Assembly: GCA_963514005.1 (NCBI GenBank)
Contig: OY740784.1
Location: 19,096,001 to 19,160,000 of the forward strand
DNA from: Raja brachyura
Lineage: Eukaryota
DNA length: 64,000 bases
Direction: 5' to 3'
The notes below the pieces were generated by a model. That model was not told the DNA's origin. It saw nothing but the letters and a program-made list of their open reading frames with translations, and made no database searches. Below, piece by piece: positions 34,769-49,673 of this stretch (position 1 is its first letter; the number at the start of each line of letters is the position of its first letter). The position numbers were made by a program, and so were the translations under genes.

Positions 34769-37432
34769 CTGGACAAAGTCATAAAAAACAAAACATTAAT
34801 GTATACATCAAAAATATTAAACATAGTGCCAGAGTGCTAAGAAAATAAAACAATTCAATGGATAGATCTAATACACAAAATAGCCAATCCTTTGGACTAT
34901 TATGTTGAAGTCTTTTACCAAACATTAATATCAAGCATTCTATTCTAATGACTATTGAATAAATCCTACTACAGAACACCAGTAAGCAACCGTTTCTGTT
35001 TGAATGAAATAAAGACATTTTGGATTAGTGAGTGTTAAAGATGTCCTGTGTTTATGGTAAGAACAACCAGCATCTCATTGGTACATCACAAAATAAAATT
35101 GCAAAGATCACTGTGTTCTTACAGGTACACATCAAAGAATCTCCAATTTTCCACCTGCAGATTTTATTTTCCTGATCCTTCAGCCTTTTTCAAGTTTATA
35201 ATGTTTACATAAAGTACAATTATCCTATGTGGTGAATCGGCCATATTTTTTAAGCATGTACTATAGACTTGTGTTAATTTATTACACAATTGAAATCTAT
35301 GGAGAACACAGGTTAAACAATCATTTAACTATTGGTTTAGGTGGTTAATTACGGGAATATTTTATGAAAAAAGTCTAGTTGTTTTTAGGATATTAAAACT
35401 CTCCCTTAATTCCAATTAAGTGCCTGCCTGGATACATTCTTGTAACATGCCCAAAGAGGATAGCTAAGAACGTTGGTATTTAAAACAGAGAAAAAGGAAG
35501 TGATTTTTCTTTCAAGAAGTTGAATCCATTGTATTGTGATAATGTAAATATCAGAATTAATTTGGTTGAAAGGAAAAAGTGCAAGAAAAAGGTGAAGGTA
35601 GACAAAAATGCTGAAGAAACTCAGCAGGTGAGGCAGCATCTATGGAGCGAAGGAATAGGTGACGTTTCAGGTCTCACTGAGTTTCTCCAGCATTTTTGTC
35701 TACCTTTGATTTTTCCAGCATCTGCAGTTATTTCTTAAGAAAAAAAGGTAGATTTGATTTGGCACATAGCATTAGTGGAGATCCTAAAAGGCAGGAATGT
35801 AATTAGTTGGGACATGAAAGGAACATTGTGAAGAGTAGTGAATTAGGTTTAAAAATGACGCGGTCATGGCTAAAAACACATTTATAAGGGAGACTATAGG
35901 AGGGGTATTAGGGTGGGCTTAGTAAGAGGCGCTGTTTTTGGAGTGGTTCATGCTTACATTGGGCCTCTGGAAAAGTGTTTCATTCGCCACTATTAACATT
36001 CATTATCTGAAAGAGCACAAAGAGACAATAGAGAATTTCTGACAATTGTTTGAGTGTGATCCAAAAATACATATTTTTTTAAATCAACTGGCATGTTGCA
36101 AATGTGAAACCTCTAAATTTGTGATCATTCTAATTCAATAGTATCAATTTCCGATGCCACATAATTACATTTCATATCTCTTAAATAAAAGGTAGATTAA
36201 TGGCAAAATTCAATTTTTGGCATAATATAAAGATTATGTATTAATTAAAATGATACCAACAAATACGACAAGTAGTTACGTGTACAGTGAAATTCATTTC
36301 ATTATTTTTTTCCCATTAGTCTACAATCCACATCATCTATATTTAACTAATTATGTATAGTCTTTTCACTGCATGGATAGCATGCAACAAAAGCTTTCCA
36401 CTGTACTTTGGTATATGCGACAATAATAAACTAAATTAATATTAAGAGGTTGATTTTTGACATGGTTGTATTTTTTAGTCAAACTAATGTAATGATTAAG
36501 AAATCCAAGGGGATCAGGAAAAATGGACCTCACTTTGCACTGATTTAAAGAAAACATTTGGAAGCCATCCTTTTCTCATAAACTTGCCTACTTCTCATCT
36601 AAACAAATGTTTCCAATATTTTCAACCATATGCAAATAAATGATCATACAATAAATTATCTTTTCCCTTCTACTGTCAGGCAAACGATACAAAAGTTTGA
36701 AAGTATATACCACCCAATTCAGGGGCAGATTCTTCCCACTGTTATCAGACTATTGCACAGTCCTACCATAAACTAGGGTGTAGTCAGGATCTTCCAACCT
36801 ATGGACCTTGGACTTTTTCTCTGGAACTGGAATGCTATAATGCTACAACACAATATTCTGCATTCTGATATTACTTAATGATAGCATGATTTGACTGGAC
36901 AGCACGCAAACAAAGCTTTTCATTGTATTTCGGTACAGATGACAATAATAAACCAATACCATTATCCACAGATATCTGTGAGAATTGATGCACATAATTT
37001 TAAGGTTTGTTCAAAATTTAAGCCCACTTTCAATTCCTGCTCCTGTATATAAATAAACTTAGCTCATCACTTAATAATCAGATGAAAATGATCAACTGAG
37101 CCAATAAGATTGGTGTGGGCTAATGGGACTAGAATAGAAAGAATGGTTAAACGAAACATAATTCTCCCGCCTCTACAGGAAGGTTTAAATGTTGACTCTG
37201 GCCAGTATCACATTTGAATTTAGCTGTGATGTTACTAACATTTAAATATTTGGCAATGAGTGAATGTTACTAACATTGAAATATTTGGCAAAGAGTGAAT
37301 AGTCTTTTGCATTAGTTGCAGAGGACAGACCGCAAGAACAGTATTCTAACAAGTATTTTAATGTATTTAGAAAAGGAGAAATATTAATTGGTATTTAAAA
37401 AAAAAATCAATATGCTCCTTTGATGTGTTAGA

Positions 37433-37625
37433 CAATAGACAATAGATGCAGGAGGAGGCCATTTGGCCCTTCGAGCCAGCACCGCCATTCACTGTGATCA
37501 TCCACAATCAGTACCCCGTTCCTGCCTTCTCCCCATATACCTTGACTCCGCTATCTTTAAGAGCTTTATCGAACTCTCTCTTGAAAGTATCCAGATAATT
37601 GACCTCCACTGCCTTCTGAGGCAAA
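37433..37625 (-). mobile_element. CR1 3' fragment
   Basis: Reverse-complement CR1 3' end with a (CAATAGA)n tail. Confidence 0.75.
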
Positions 37626-38889
37626 GGAGTCCCGATTTGAAAAAGCAGAGACATTGTAAAGGTTTGCTTCAATTTTCTTTTAGTTTACCAATTCCTTAGT
37701 GGATAAGTACACAGGTCCCATTGTTCGCAACCTTTGACACAATGCATTCTAAATCATAATTTTTTGGGTTACAAGGAAATCGCATTTTATTTCCGTTTAT
37801 TTTTGCCTATTGTCTTCAATCTGTTCCTTCCAGTCATCCTTCTTCCGCCCATCGCTGAACATAGAACAATACAGCACAGGAGCAGGCCCTTCGGCCCACC
37901 TTGTCTGCGCCGATCGTGACACTAAATCTAACTGACCCCATCTGTATACACGTTGTTCATATTCCTTTATTCATCTGCCATTTCTCTGCCCAAATTTCCA
38001 TATGATATATGGTATGCCTTAATAACATTCCCCACTTTCTACAACACCAATTTTCATGTCACCTGCAAACTTACAAATCAGGCCACCTACATTTTCATCC
38101 AATTTATTTATATATATATATTTCAAACAACAGAGGTTCCAGTACTAATCCTTGCGGACCACTGATCACAGACTTCTAGTCAGAAAAGCACCCTTTACCT
38201 TTCTAGTCTTTCTAACTAGTATTTCATGACAAGTCAATTTTGGATCCAATTAACTAACTCTCTGTAGATCCCATGTAACTTTTCTGGACTAGCCGACTAT
38301 GAGGGACCTTGTCAAATGCATCCCAAGATGGCGGTAGTGGAAGATGGGGAAAGTCAGCAGCTGTGAATGGTCCACGAATTTACCCCCTGCACTCTCGGAA
38401 AGCGCCCTAAAGTTCCGTTATCATCTTGGGAGGTGGGACATGGTGGCCTCTGTGCATGGAAGAAGAGGGCAGCTGCTGGAGGCGATGGACAGCACGTTTG
38501 CAAGCTGTAGTATTGATTGGAGGCGACCCTAGAGCAGCTAAGTCAAAGAATGAATCAAACAATAATCGTATTACCCTATCGTAGTCATTGCACTTTTCTT
38601 ATTCCCCGAAATTCTCTCTTTACCACTTGATTAAAATGCTTCACTTTTGGAATGTTCTAATTAAAAGTTTTAACCTTCTCTACTTTAATTAATGTTACCC
38701 AAGTTTTCTAATCTCTGTCATACTTTATTGAATACAAAACATTACTGCATTAGCTGCTGAAGTCCAGCAATTCCTTAGTGACTAATTAAACAACTAAACA
38801 TGGAGATTTGACAGATAAACAAACAATAAGCTGCTTTTCAATGCCATATTGAGAAATGAGTTTGAATATTCTACGCTAGATTTCAGTCA

Positions 38890-39216
38890 TAAAAAGATAC
38901 AGCACAGAAACAATGGCCACCGCGCCACTGAATTGGTGCTGATAATCAAGCCCCGATTATTACACTAATCCTACTTTAAGCCGTTTAACTCTCCCCGTGT
39001 CATTTGCTCTCCCAACATTGTTCCACTCACCTGCACAAGAGGGGCAATTAACGATGGTCAGTTATCCTACCAACCTGCACTTTTGTGAAGGAAACTGGGG
39101 TGCCCCAAGGAAAGCCAATTGGGCACACAGATTGTGCAAACACGCAAGATCAAAATTGAACTGAGGTCCCTGGAATCGAGAGGTAGCAGCTCGAGCAGCT
39201 GCACTACTGCATCACC
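38890..39216 (-). mobile_element. degenerate HE1/V-SINE
   Basis: Same layout as 16885-17226. Confidence 0.55.
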
Positions 39217-40954
39217 CAAAATCTATTACTCTTGGATGCACAGCATGTTGTATTCTCAACTACTGCTCTTACTGTTACACTGTCATTGACACGATTGGCA
39301 GTCCCAAAATCCAGACAATTTTAATTTGTCCAAGTGCAATCATTTGGGAGACAGCAATGAGTTAATTTGAGTCACAGGTCAGGTAGTATATAGCAAAATA
39401 CTGTTAACATTGAGCACTGCAGACTTCCATTAGAAGCATCTTTCAAATCAAAAATAACTGGCCAACTCTTTGCTTTACATTGCCGACTAACTATGAATTT
39501 AACTTGTCACTTTCTCTTGGATCACAACGATTTTTCTTTTAATGAACATTAATTAATAACTTTACTAAAATCCACATTCTAGCCCCATCAACTTGCCTGC
39601 AAAAATTGTTAGTTCTCCATAATCTTCTCTAAACAAATGTATGCTTACTATTCTTACTGAAATTCCACCTGTATAAATGGTTAATACTGTCCCACCGATT
39701 TTTTCCAAAACGTTTTCCCTTCTCTGAAACACAGGAACAATGTCAGAATTAGTTAAATAAAATCGTAATTCCTCTTTAAAATTTACTCATCCTCAGAAAG
39801 CTTCTTCCAAAGAAAAATAGGGAGTAAAAACTCTCATTTATTACTTGTGATGGGGCAGATATAAATATGCAGTGCATTTCTTTCCATTCGATTTAGATTC
39901 TGTGAACTGTACAAAAATTTGTTGTTGAAAATGAACACCAATGGCCTATACTTAAATGTTAATACTCCGTGGCATCCATATGCAGGTACTATTAAATATC
40001 CGATCTGAGATTCCCCAGAAACATCCGATGATTGGGTGTAATGGTCTTTAACTGAAGAAAAATGCAGTGGAATATTATGATCGGGAAAGTATTGCAGAAT
40101 TCAACCTTCAATTCTGCAAGCTACACTCAGGATACCAATTTTCTTTGTGGAATAAGAGCTGTCTAGCTTTCACAATTGGTAAGCAATCGGAAACTCCAGC
40201 TTAGCTTTGTTTGTAGGCAGACAAGACAGAAAAAAACCCATTTCATATTAAATTCAACAAAAGCAAAGAACATTAAAAAGTAATGACATCTCAGAAAGAA
40301 GAAATCAAGTGACCTAATGCGTGCATGTACACACACCCGAGTCAGACAAGACAAAATGATTTTTATCTATTTATTTATCTATCTATTTATTTATTTATTT
40401 GTTTGTTTTTATATAAATCAGGAGGTCCTATCAACTACATTTTTCCTTTGTGGTCCTATGGACTTCAAGTGACTTACCTTAAGTAACTAGTGCTCAGTAT
40501 CTCAATCCACTAATTCTCCATCTAAATAGCCAAGAAAGTAACTGAAACTTCCTTCAAGATTGAAAATATAGCGCAGAGTTGGGAAGATGCCTCCACTGCA
40601 CTTATTGCTTATTACTTTGAAATTTAAGGCCACAAATTGTGTGAATATTAAGTCACCAGGATCATTTAATTCTCATTATGGAGATCTTTTGCAGAATCTG
40701 GGTACTGAGAAACACACGAAATAAAAACCTTGCAACCACATAGAAATCACCAAGTAAACCTACACATCAACATGTTTAACCAATGGAAATGTGGCATTTG
40801 CCCAATGAGAAAATGATTTAATTCACCATTACAAAGGAATATTAAAGGGAAGATTATGTAAACGATTAACAAAGAATATGAAATATAAACTTCGTCACAG
40901 GTTGTGAACTTTTCTGCCATGCCTATCGCTGAAGCAGAATCCAGATATATGTAC

Positions 40955-41790
40955 AAGATACATTTATTTGTCACATGTACCAATTGGTACAGTGAAATGT
41001 GTGGTCGCCATACAGCCATACAAATAATAAAGAGCACTTAACACAAAGTCTTAACACAAACATCCCCACACAGTGGGGTAAAAGTTTCCCACTGTGAGGG
41101 AAGGCTCCAAAATTCAGCCACCCTCCTCTGCTGTCTTTCCATGGTCGGGGGACTCCTGAACCCCCGCTGTCGCCACTATGGCCGGCCTGATGATCAGGCC
41201 CGCTCGCAGTGGTGATGGAAGTCCGACGTCGGGACGGGAGGACGTCCTCAGCGGCTTGGACATCCGAGTCCGTCATCTCCTACCGGAGTCTGCGGCTCCC
41301 GAAGTCCACAGGCCACGCTGGGCAGAGGTTCAACGCTGGCGGTCCTCGGCAAAGAGCCCCAGGTCTCCGCGATGTTGGTCAGTGCCGCCCGCGATGGGAG
41401 CTCTCCAAACCACAACTCCGCGATGTTGGAGCAGTGGCCCAACACTCCATAGCTCCAAACGGCGATCCAGGTAGGCATCGCCTGCTCTGCGGTGAATTCA
41501 GCGCTGCATCGCCACCGCTGCTGCTGAAGCTCTGGTCCGGCCCCCGGCAGGAAATGCCGCTCCAATCCAGGTGGTAGGCTGTGAGGAGGGGGGGCGAGGA
41601 CACGACTCGGAGAATAATCGCGCCCCCGCCAGGAAGTGACTGGGAAACGGTTTTCCACTTACCCTACCACCCTCCTCCACATAGAAAAGCTAAAGAAATC
41701 TCCGACACAAACTTTAAAACTGACAAAAAAAAATGTTTAAGATTGAAAAACAGACAGGCTGTAGGCAGAGGCTTCAATGTGGCGCCTCTT
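40955..41790 (-). mobile_element. GC-rich non-autonomous retroelement (same family as 8340-9250)
   Basis: Extended reverse-complement similarity to 8340-9250, including the 3' stem-loop and AATAAA. Confidence 0.8.
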
Positions 41791-42187
41791 GTGTGAGGAA
41801 ACTTACGGTTAGGTGAAGAGACATTAAAGAATCTGGAAACTGAAAGGATTTGGAGAGAGATTAATAAATAATTTTAATAGATCCCCATTCAATTTGCTCT
41901 ACCAGAATTTAAAATAGAAGTGCCCTAACTGTGATACTCAAGCAAAAGTACTAAATTATTAACAATGTTTCACTAAGGGTCAAGGTGAAGTGGAAGCATG
42001 TGCCATATTCGAGAAATAGATTTCACCTCACTAATCCCAGCCCATATCAAATTTAGATTCCAGGGGAAAAAAGGAAAATCAATGTTCCACACATTTGATT
42101 TAACTTTCTCAAATAATCAAATGCTCAGAGCTGGTAATGATTTAAAACGAATCAAAGGTTCTTCTACACGAGTTGGTTCATCCTCAC

Positions 42188-42311
42188 CCAGTTGCATGAC
42201 TTCCTGCTCCAGAAACATTACCACCACCAGCGGGACTCCGTTTTATTGGCGATCCATCTCGAAGTTTATTTTCATTGGTTGATGACAAGGTACCTTTGGC
42301 GGTAGGAAACG
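42188..42311 (-). CDS. ZC2HC1A: ZC2HC1A exon 7
   Basis: 124 nt, phase 1-2, cag/gtgagg: AFPTAKGTLSSTNENKLRDGSPIKRSPAGGGNVSGAGSHATG. Confidence 0.8.
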
Positions 42312-43156
42312 CTGCCAACAAAACATTTGGTTACAACTTAAATTACTGCAGTTGTAATTGTCAAGTTATTTTGAAAAATGGTTTGCACTTCCTCTACATA
42401 TACAAGATGCAAACTGAAGATGTGGTTTACATTAGTCGTGTCAATTTTTTTAAAGACATCTTTTGGAATAACAACACTACTTCCAATCTTTGATAATAAA
42501 AACAATATTCAGTCGAGTATAAAAGGACTAACCATTTCTAGAACTACAGTACCATTAATGGAAGCAGATCACACAAGTAAGATTGTGTTTCAGAGCATGT
42601 ACGAGAGAGGAAGCCTGGATATTTGTAGAATTAAGTAACAGGTAAACCACAGCAAAGTCATTTGTGATTAATAAGTAACAAGTATGTTTGAATATAATTT
42701 ACCACATTAACCCAACCACAAGTATTTTTGATTAATATTTTGGTTTATTGACTCAAGACAAGGCACCAACAGTCTCTATGTGGAAGTACAAATATACGGG
42801 TAGCAAACAAGTTAAAAAGTTCACTAAGCACAAGCATTATTTTGAAAAATAGTATAAAGAACATTGAAATCCTTAGTACTTTTTTTTTCCCCTTTCACAA
42901 TTAGTTTAGCTGATTCAGGCTACAAGCTCTCATGTGGTCCCAATCCTAGCCTGGGTAGCCGATATATATTTTAAAACACTTCTTAGGTATAAATTGGCAA
43001 TTACTTTGGTCTTTGTCGCACAAATACCCCAGTGGGCCATAATCAAATTGGTGCCACCACCACCACTCCACACAAAAAAATCCATGGACATCATTCACAG
43101 ATTTAGATTTCCTTTCCCTGACAAAGTAATGGAGAAAGCATCTGCATATCACATAC

Positions 43157-43253
43157 CGGTTACAGTTTTTCCATGAGAAGGTTGGGGAATCCGTGTCAAT
43201 GCATTAGGTGATGACACTGGAGAGTTAGTCTTCTTAAGCACTGGAGACTTGTG
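43157..43253 (-). CDS. ZC2HC1A: ZC2HC1A exon 6
   Basis: 97 nt, phase 0-1: HKSPVLKKTNSPVSSPNALTRIPQPSHGKTVT. Confidence 0.9.
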
Positions 43254-44007
43254 CTGCATAGGGATAAAGTCAAATAACTAGTTATTCACAAATCAAAGAA
43301 CAGTCCAACATAAAAAGGGAATTCATTGGGCCTCATTCAATTTACCTCTCACTCTTGCTGTCCCCATAATATAACATTTGTTTGCCTTTTTCAGAAGTGT
43401 CACAATTCTTTTGAAAACTACTGCTGAATCAATTTCGATCAGGCAATGTATTCCAGATCGCAGCAATTAATTGATAATTTGCTATTTTTTGCCCATTTTT
43501 GCCTATGCTAAATCTAAACAAGAACAATCACCCGGTTGCTCTCTTCTGTCCTCTCCCAATACCCCATGGATGAGGGAAGCTCATCTTTAAAAATCAATAC
43601 ATCACAAGATGTGGATCAAATCATGAATCCACTTTCCCATTGAATTAATATGTTAATTTACATTTCCAATGTGAGATATTTTTCTTAAAAAGTATTTGGA
43701 TGCACAAGGGTACACAAAAAGCTGGAGAAACTCAGCGGGTGCAGCATCATCTAAGGAGCGAAGGAGATAGGCGACGTTTCAGGTTGAGACCCACTTTCCC
43801 CCTTTTGCACAGTCACATCATATTTGGAAATAGCAGCATAATAGCACACAAATATCTGTGAGGAAATGTAACAAATAGGGTTGTTGGCTGCTGACCACAA
43901 CATCCTCACTATTAGCAACAAATCAATATCATCTAAAGATTTCCTTAGCTCCCAAAACTATCAAATGGAATTAAATCACTTCATTACACAAAATGTGTGT
44001 GCCTTAC

Positions 44008-44150
44008 CTGTGTCAGAGAGCTTTGTTTCCCTTTGACAGTTCCAAGTTTGGACTTGGTCAGACGAGCAGACTGTTCTTTGCAGAAAGAAATGTGCCTGTC
44101 AGCAGCATTCTCGTTAAATCTTCTCTGGCAATAAGGGCACTGGACATAAT
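44008..44150 (-). CDS. ZC2HC1A: ZC2HC1A exon 5 (second C2HC finger)
   Basis: 143 nt: DYVQCPYCQRRFNENAADRHISFCKEQSARLTKSKLGTVKGKQSSLTQ, donor gtaagg. Confidence 0.96.
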
Positions 44151-44309
44151 CTTTAAAATTAAAATTAATAACTGCATTAGGAGAATTTAGATTTATATTT
44201 GTCAATGCAGATCATATTCTTCCAGACATTCCAGATATGGTCAAAGCTAAAAATGCACAAATATATACCATACAAAACAAATCTGCCTAGCTAACCAAAG
44301 CAACCATTT

Positions 44310-45100
44310 CACCAAACATTTATACTCGGTCCACCAAGGTATGCCAAATCTTCTGGTTCCTAACGATTTTAACTCTTCCTCCTATTCTCATACCGACCTT
44401 TCTGTTCTGGGCTTCCCTCATTGCTAGAGTGAGGCCACATGTAAACTGGAGGATCTGCACCTCATTTTCTACTTGGGTAGCTTTTACAACCTAATTTTTA
44501 CAAACCACAAAGTACCTCCAATTTTAAGTAACCAATCTACAAACACCCCTTCCCCCTTTAATTTCCGCCTCACTTTCCTGTGTCCAACCTAGAATGCGCA
44601 CCATTTCTCCCTTTCTCCTTCCCCCTATATTCCTTTTTCTGGCATCATAATTCATGCCTCTTTTATCTTACATTTTATGTATTTTTATCTCTGGCCTTAG
44701 TCCAACCATCTGTCATTGAAGCCCTCCCTCACCTCTATTCACCCATCACTTGCCCCGTTTCCCCTTCCACCTGCATCCACTTCTCCGACTTCATATTTTT
44801 CACCTCTTCTTTCCTTTTCTTCATATCTCACAGCCTTTTCTCTTCCCCCTCCCCCCCCCCCACATCTCTGGCCTTGTCCGCCCTTCTGCCAATCAAAACC
44901 CTTCTTACTTATATCCACCTATCACGTTTTGTACCGCCTCCACTTATCTTCCAGCTTTCTCTCCCCCTATTACTATCAGTTTGAAGGGACCCGACCCAAA
45001 ACATCACCTATCCACGTTCTCCAGAGATGCTGCCTGACCCACTGATTTACTCCAGCACTGTCTTTTTTTGTAAACCAACACATGCAGTTCCTGGTGTCTA
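44310..45100 (+). mobile_element. Penelope-derived element (degenerate)
   Basis: Same GIY-YIG C-terminal block and tail as the other copies. Confidence 0.65.
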
Positions 45101-46924
45101 AACACTAACTAAAGCACCAGTTTATTTCATAGTTTCTTCAGATTAAAAAAAAACTGACCATAACAGCAAAATATAATGGATAACCTATACAGACATTGCC
45201 AGCAAAATGGTACTGGCCTTCAAGTGTAAATCAAACAAAATTACAAGCTGAATAAATAAAGCCCAGGTTATATTTTTGCTTGGTTGAGCAAAATGTTCAT
45301 TGTAATTGGTTATCATCAGTTACTGAACATTCATTAGGTGCAACAATTTTCATTCTTTCAAACTGAACTTGGTGCCAACAATTACTGACTAGCTCAAGGT
45401 TTCCTCTACTTCAACAAAATTTTCTTTCCTGTAATTATTAAAACCCTTTATTTATTACCACATTTCCACACACTTTTATGCGTTTGGTCTTTCTCACCAC
45501 TGTCATGCCAATTAACACATCTTACAAATAATAGGATTGGACCGTGGGGAATTGCAACATTCTAAAATACTACACTTGGCATTCCTGATGCAAAATGAAT
45601 GACAAAATACATGAAAGTAAAGAAATGCAGATGCTGAATTTTTTAATTATAGCAGAGTGGAAATGGCGAGTCACACAAGCACCTGTGAAAAGAGAAACAT
45701 AATTAATGTTTCAAGCCTTAGACCCTTTGTCAGTGTTTATAAATTCACAAGCTCCAAGTCGGCCCATCGACTCTACTTTTTCCACCACCAAATTACTCTG
45801 AAAGTCTTTATGCGCAGTCATATATTGATTGGTTACTTTGACCTTTGTCGGAAAGTCTTCCTTTCCAGACGCACCGTTTGTAGCATAGATGCAGTACAGC
45901 CCAAGATCATCACTCTCTGACAGTTCTTCGAGGTTATGAACCCCACGTGTTTAGTTTTGCCAAACCTTTTGTGTTGCTTTGACCTGCTTTGGTGTTCTAC
46001 ATGCTGATGCTATTTGGCCTTTTTTTTTTACAATTGTAGCATTTTGAGTCTTTGCTTTCTGTGGCCATTGCATCGATAGCATGTATTTATGCTTTTACCA
46101 GTGCCCAGTTGTGAAGGCCTTTTCCCTTTCTTGTCACGCTTGTGTTTTGCAACTGCCCTTTGACTGTGCCAGCCTGTGCTGGTCGAAAATCACGTTCACT
46201 TTGAGATACCAAATCTATGGCCAAAGCAATTTTGCATGACAAATCGAAAGCTGGTGGTGTTCAATAATTTTGATTGGATTTGCTCATCCAGTAATCCACA
46301 ATCGCCTCATTGCAGGAAAGTTGCAGAAGCTCAGGGGATGGTGTAGAGGTGGGTTAACAGAATGCTACCCGGTTTACAGGGGGTTATAATTTAGAATTTC
46401 TCCATCAAGCCCCATGCTTGGCAATGTTACTTTCTGGATAGTGTGGATGTGGAGAGGGTGTTTCCACTAGTGCGAGAGTCTAGGAGCAGAAGTCATAGCT
46501 TATGAATTAAAGGATGTTCCTTTAGGAGGGAGATGAGGATTTTTTTTTAGCCAGAATGTGGTGAATCTGTGGAATTCATTGCCACAGAAGGCTGTGGGGG
46601 CCAAGACAATGGATATTTTTAAGGCAAAAGTAGATAGATTGTTGATTAGTATGGGTGTTGGTGGTTATTGGGGAGAAGGCAAGTGAATGGGGTTGAGAAA
46701 ATTGCTACACATTACACTTTTACATTTACTCCTCATTACATTTAGACATTTTTATGTACACTACACACACACACACACCCCCCCCCCCCCCCCCCCCCCC
46801 CCGCTGGCCAGACACCATAACGGCAGCTGCTGCAGCCCGCTCTCCTCCAAAAACGCCGCCTTTTGTTTCCCCTCGCGGCCGATTTTCGCAACTGAAGCAC
46901 GTTCGGTGACCAACGGGTCTGCAC

Positions 46925-47053
46925 NNNNNNNNNNNNNNNNNNNNNNNNNNNNNNNNNNNNNNNNNNNNNNNNNNNNNNNNNNNNNNNNNNNNNNNNNNNN
47001 NNNNNNNNNNNNNNNNNNNNNNNNNNNNNNNNNNNNNNNNNNNNNNNNNNNNN
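46925..47053. other. assembly gap
   Basis: Run of N. Confidence 1.
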
Positions 47054-47740
47054 TTTATTGTCATTTAGAAATACATTGATATATGCAGTTCCAAACGAAA
47101 TTACGTTGCATTTGGCTCCCTGTGCAACACAATAAATTAACCGAAGGATAGGTATGTATGAAAAGGATAAATAGACAATAGTGGCAGCCCATTTACATGG
47201 CATTCAGGAGTCTGATGGCTCGTGGGAAGAAGCTGTTGCGGAACCTTGATGTTCTGCTCCTTATGCAGCGGTATCTTTTTCCCGAGGGCAGCAGAGTGAA
47301 CAGTTGTGATGGAGATGTGTGGGGTCCTTTATGATACTGCTGGCCTTAGACACACAGCGTTTGGTCACAATATCCCCGATTGAGGGGAGATAGGTCCCGA
47401 TGATTTTTTCCGCTGTCCTCACCACTCTCTGCACAGACTTCCAGTCGGAGGCTCTACAGTCCCCAAACCAGACAGAGATACAGCTGGTCAGAATACTCTC
47501 TATGGTGCCCCTGTAGAAAGTAGTGAGGATGGGATGGGGGAGATGAGCTCTTCTCATCCGGCGCAGAAAGTGCAATCGCTGCTGCGCTCTCTTAACAGTT
47601 GATGAGATGTTAGTCGACCAGGTCAGACTGTTAGTGATCTGCACCCCCAGGAACTTTGTGCTACTGACCACCTCCACATCGCTGTCATTGATGTGAAGTG
47701 GTGTGGGACTGTGCCGGGTTTTCCTGAAGTCGACGATAAT

Positions 47741-47743
<3 letters not shown>
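47054..47743 (-). mobile_element. Rex/Babar(L2-like) LINE 3' fragment
   Basis: ORF 47261-47677: KFLGVQITNSLTWS...KRAQQRLHFLRR...FYRGTIESILTSCISVWFG. Confidence 0.88.

Positions 47744-47820
<77 letters not shown>
47744..47820. repeat. (TG)n microsatellite
   Basis: About 38 TG units. Confidence 0.98.
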
Positions 47821-47821
<1 letters not shown>

Positions 47822-49013
47822 TTTCGTGTGCGATTCACATCTCCTCGAAATCCTGACGCAGTAACGGTGAAATTTTTATATATTCCAGTAGAGATTTACC
47901 TCATGATTTCAAAAATCCCCTCATCCGATTCATGTATTCATTATTTCCTGAGCTTTTTACTAAAATTGTTCACCAATCTGACATCTTTTTCAAATCTAAC
48001 TGCTGAAGTCACAATGCCTTTGCTCGAGGCCAAGCCCCCCCCCCCCGGATTAAAACAGCTGACAAGTTACGTTAACCGCACCCCCCTTTTTTACAATCTG
48101 ACATATTTTGTAAATCTAACGAGCTGGATGACGTTACAATGGCACCCCCAGGCTCTGGATTAAAGCAACTGACAAGTTACGTTACCCCCCCCCCCCACCC
48201 CCCAACTCAGTCATTGTGTTGCCTCCTGACTCACTGTGCTGTCGACTAGCACTCACCTGGCCGTCTGCAGTAAGCGCCCAGCCCACAGCCCAGTCGCTGA
48301 GCACGAAGTACACTCGTGCTTCGGCTCGGGTTCTAGAACATGGCGGCAGCCAATATCGTCGTGCGGGCGCGGGGCAGCACGATGGGGAGGTGGCCCTAGC
48401 GGCCGTCTATGGAGACCTGCGATTCCTCCGTTGATCGCTGGGACACAGGGAATCGTGGCGCCTTTTCCTCGCTGGTGATCCCGATCCCACCTGGCTGTCA
48501 CGGGGGACAACATCCTCTCCGATTCCCCCGCCCAATTGTCTTTCATGCAGGTGGGTGGGCTTTCCTGTCGCGGAAGCCATGATTGGCCGGCCCTCCGCTG
48601 CTTTTGACTTACCGCCCGCTCGCGGCAGCATGGCCGCCCGCTCAAAAGCCGCCACAAATCGGAACCCCCAGCTCCAAAAGGCAGCAAGCTGCCCTGCCTG
48701 TGCCCCTCACTGTGCCCTTCTCTGTGCCCCTGCAGCTGCGAGTTGGGGGCTATGCGTGAGTGGATAGGGCGGGGCATGGGGTTAAAGGAGTGAATTAATA
48801 ATATTAATATAATATCAATTGTGGTGGNNNNNNNNNNNNNNNNNNNNNNNNNNNNNNNNNNNNNNNNNNNNNNNNNNNNNNNNNNNNNNNNNNNNNNNNN
48901 NNNNNNNNNNNNNNNNNNNNNNNNNNNNNNNNNNNNNNNNNNNNNNNNNNNNNNNCCTCCCCTCGCAACTGCGCATGGAGGGAATGTGACTCAACGGGTC
49001 CCACTTGGTCTAG
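47821..49013 (+). mobile_element. non-autonomous Helitron (5' end unclear, spans gap)
   Basis: 3' end CAACGGGTCCCACTTGGTCTAG|T matches the other Helitron copies. A second Helitron-like 5' piece follows at 49014. Confidence 0.65.
48828..48955. other. assembly gap
   Basis: Run of N. Confidence 1.
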
Positions 49014-49673
49014 TAACTTATAAAACTCTGATCGTTATGTTTGGTTGCTTGTGAATCATATCTCCTCGTAAACCCAACACGGTAACAGTTACATTCTTAC
49101 AAATTCAGGTAGAGGGTTCACCAGCGCGCACGAGCACTCACAAGCTTCCCGGCTTGCTTTTGAAGACATTTCTCCTCGCAGCGAGTAAAGTCACGCCCCC
49201 CCCCGCCGTTAACCGCACCTATCCTGATCCTCCTCCTCTCCCCCCCCCCCCTTCGGGTTTCCCGAGAGATGCAGAGAGTCGGGCCCTGTACTCTCTCTCT
49301 CTCCCCAGGCTCTCTCCGCTTTTCGCAGCCCAATCACCCGCCCGGTTCCCCTCCACCTCTCCTCTCCTCTCCTCCCTCCCCTCTCCCACCATCCTCTCAT
49401 CCCTCCCCTCTACCCCACACTCTCCCACCCTCCCTCCCCCACCCACCCCTACCCCCCTCCCTCCCCCCACCACCTACTCTCTCCCTCCCCCCTCCAATCT
49501 ACCCCCCCACCTCTCCCCTCCCCACCAAAATAGAAAATGGCTTGTGTCAAAAATAAAGTGAACCCATATTAAAATTAGAAGTAAACAACATTGTTAGCAC
49601 TGTCATCAAATCAAGAAAGATATAAATAATAAAGCCATCTTTACACTCATAACACATCCTGTAAATGCCATAC

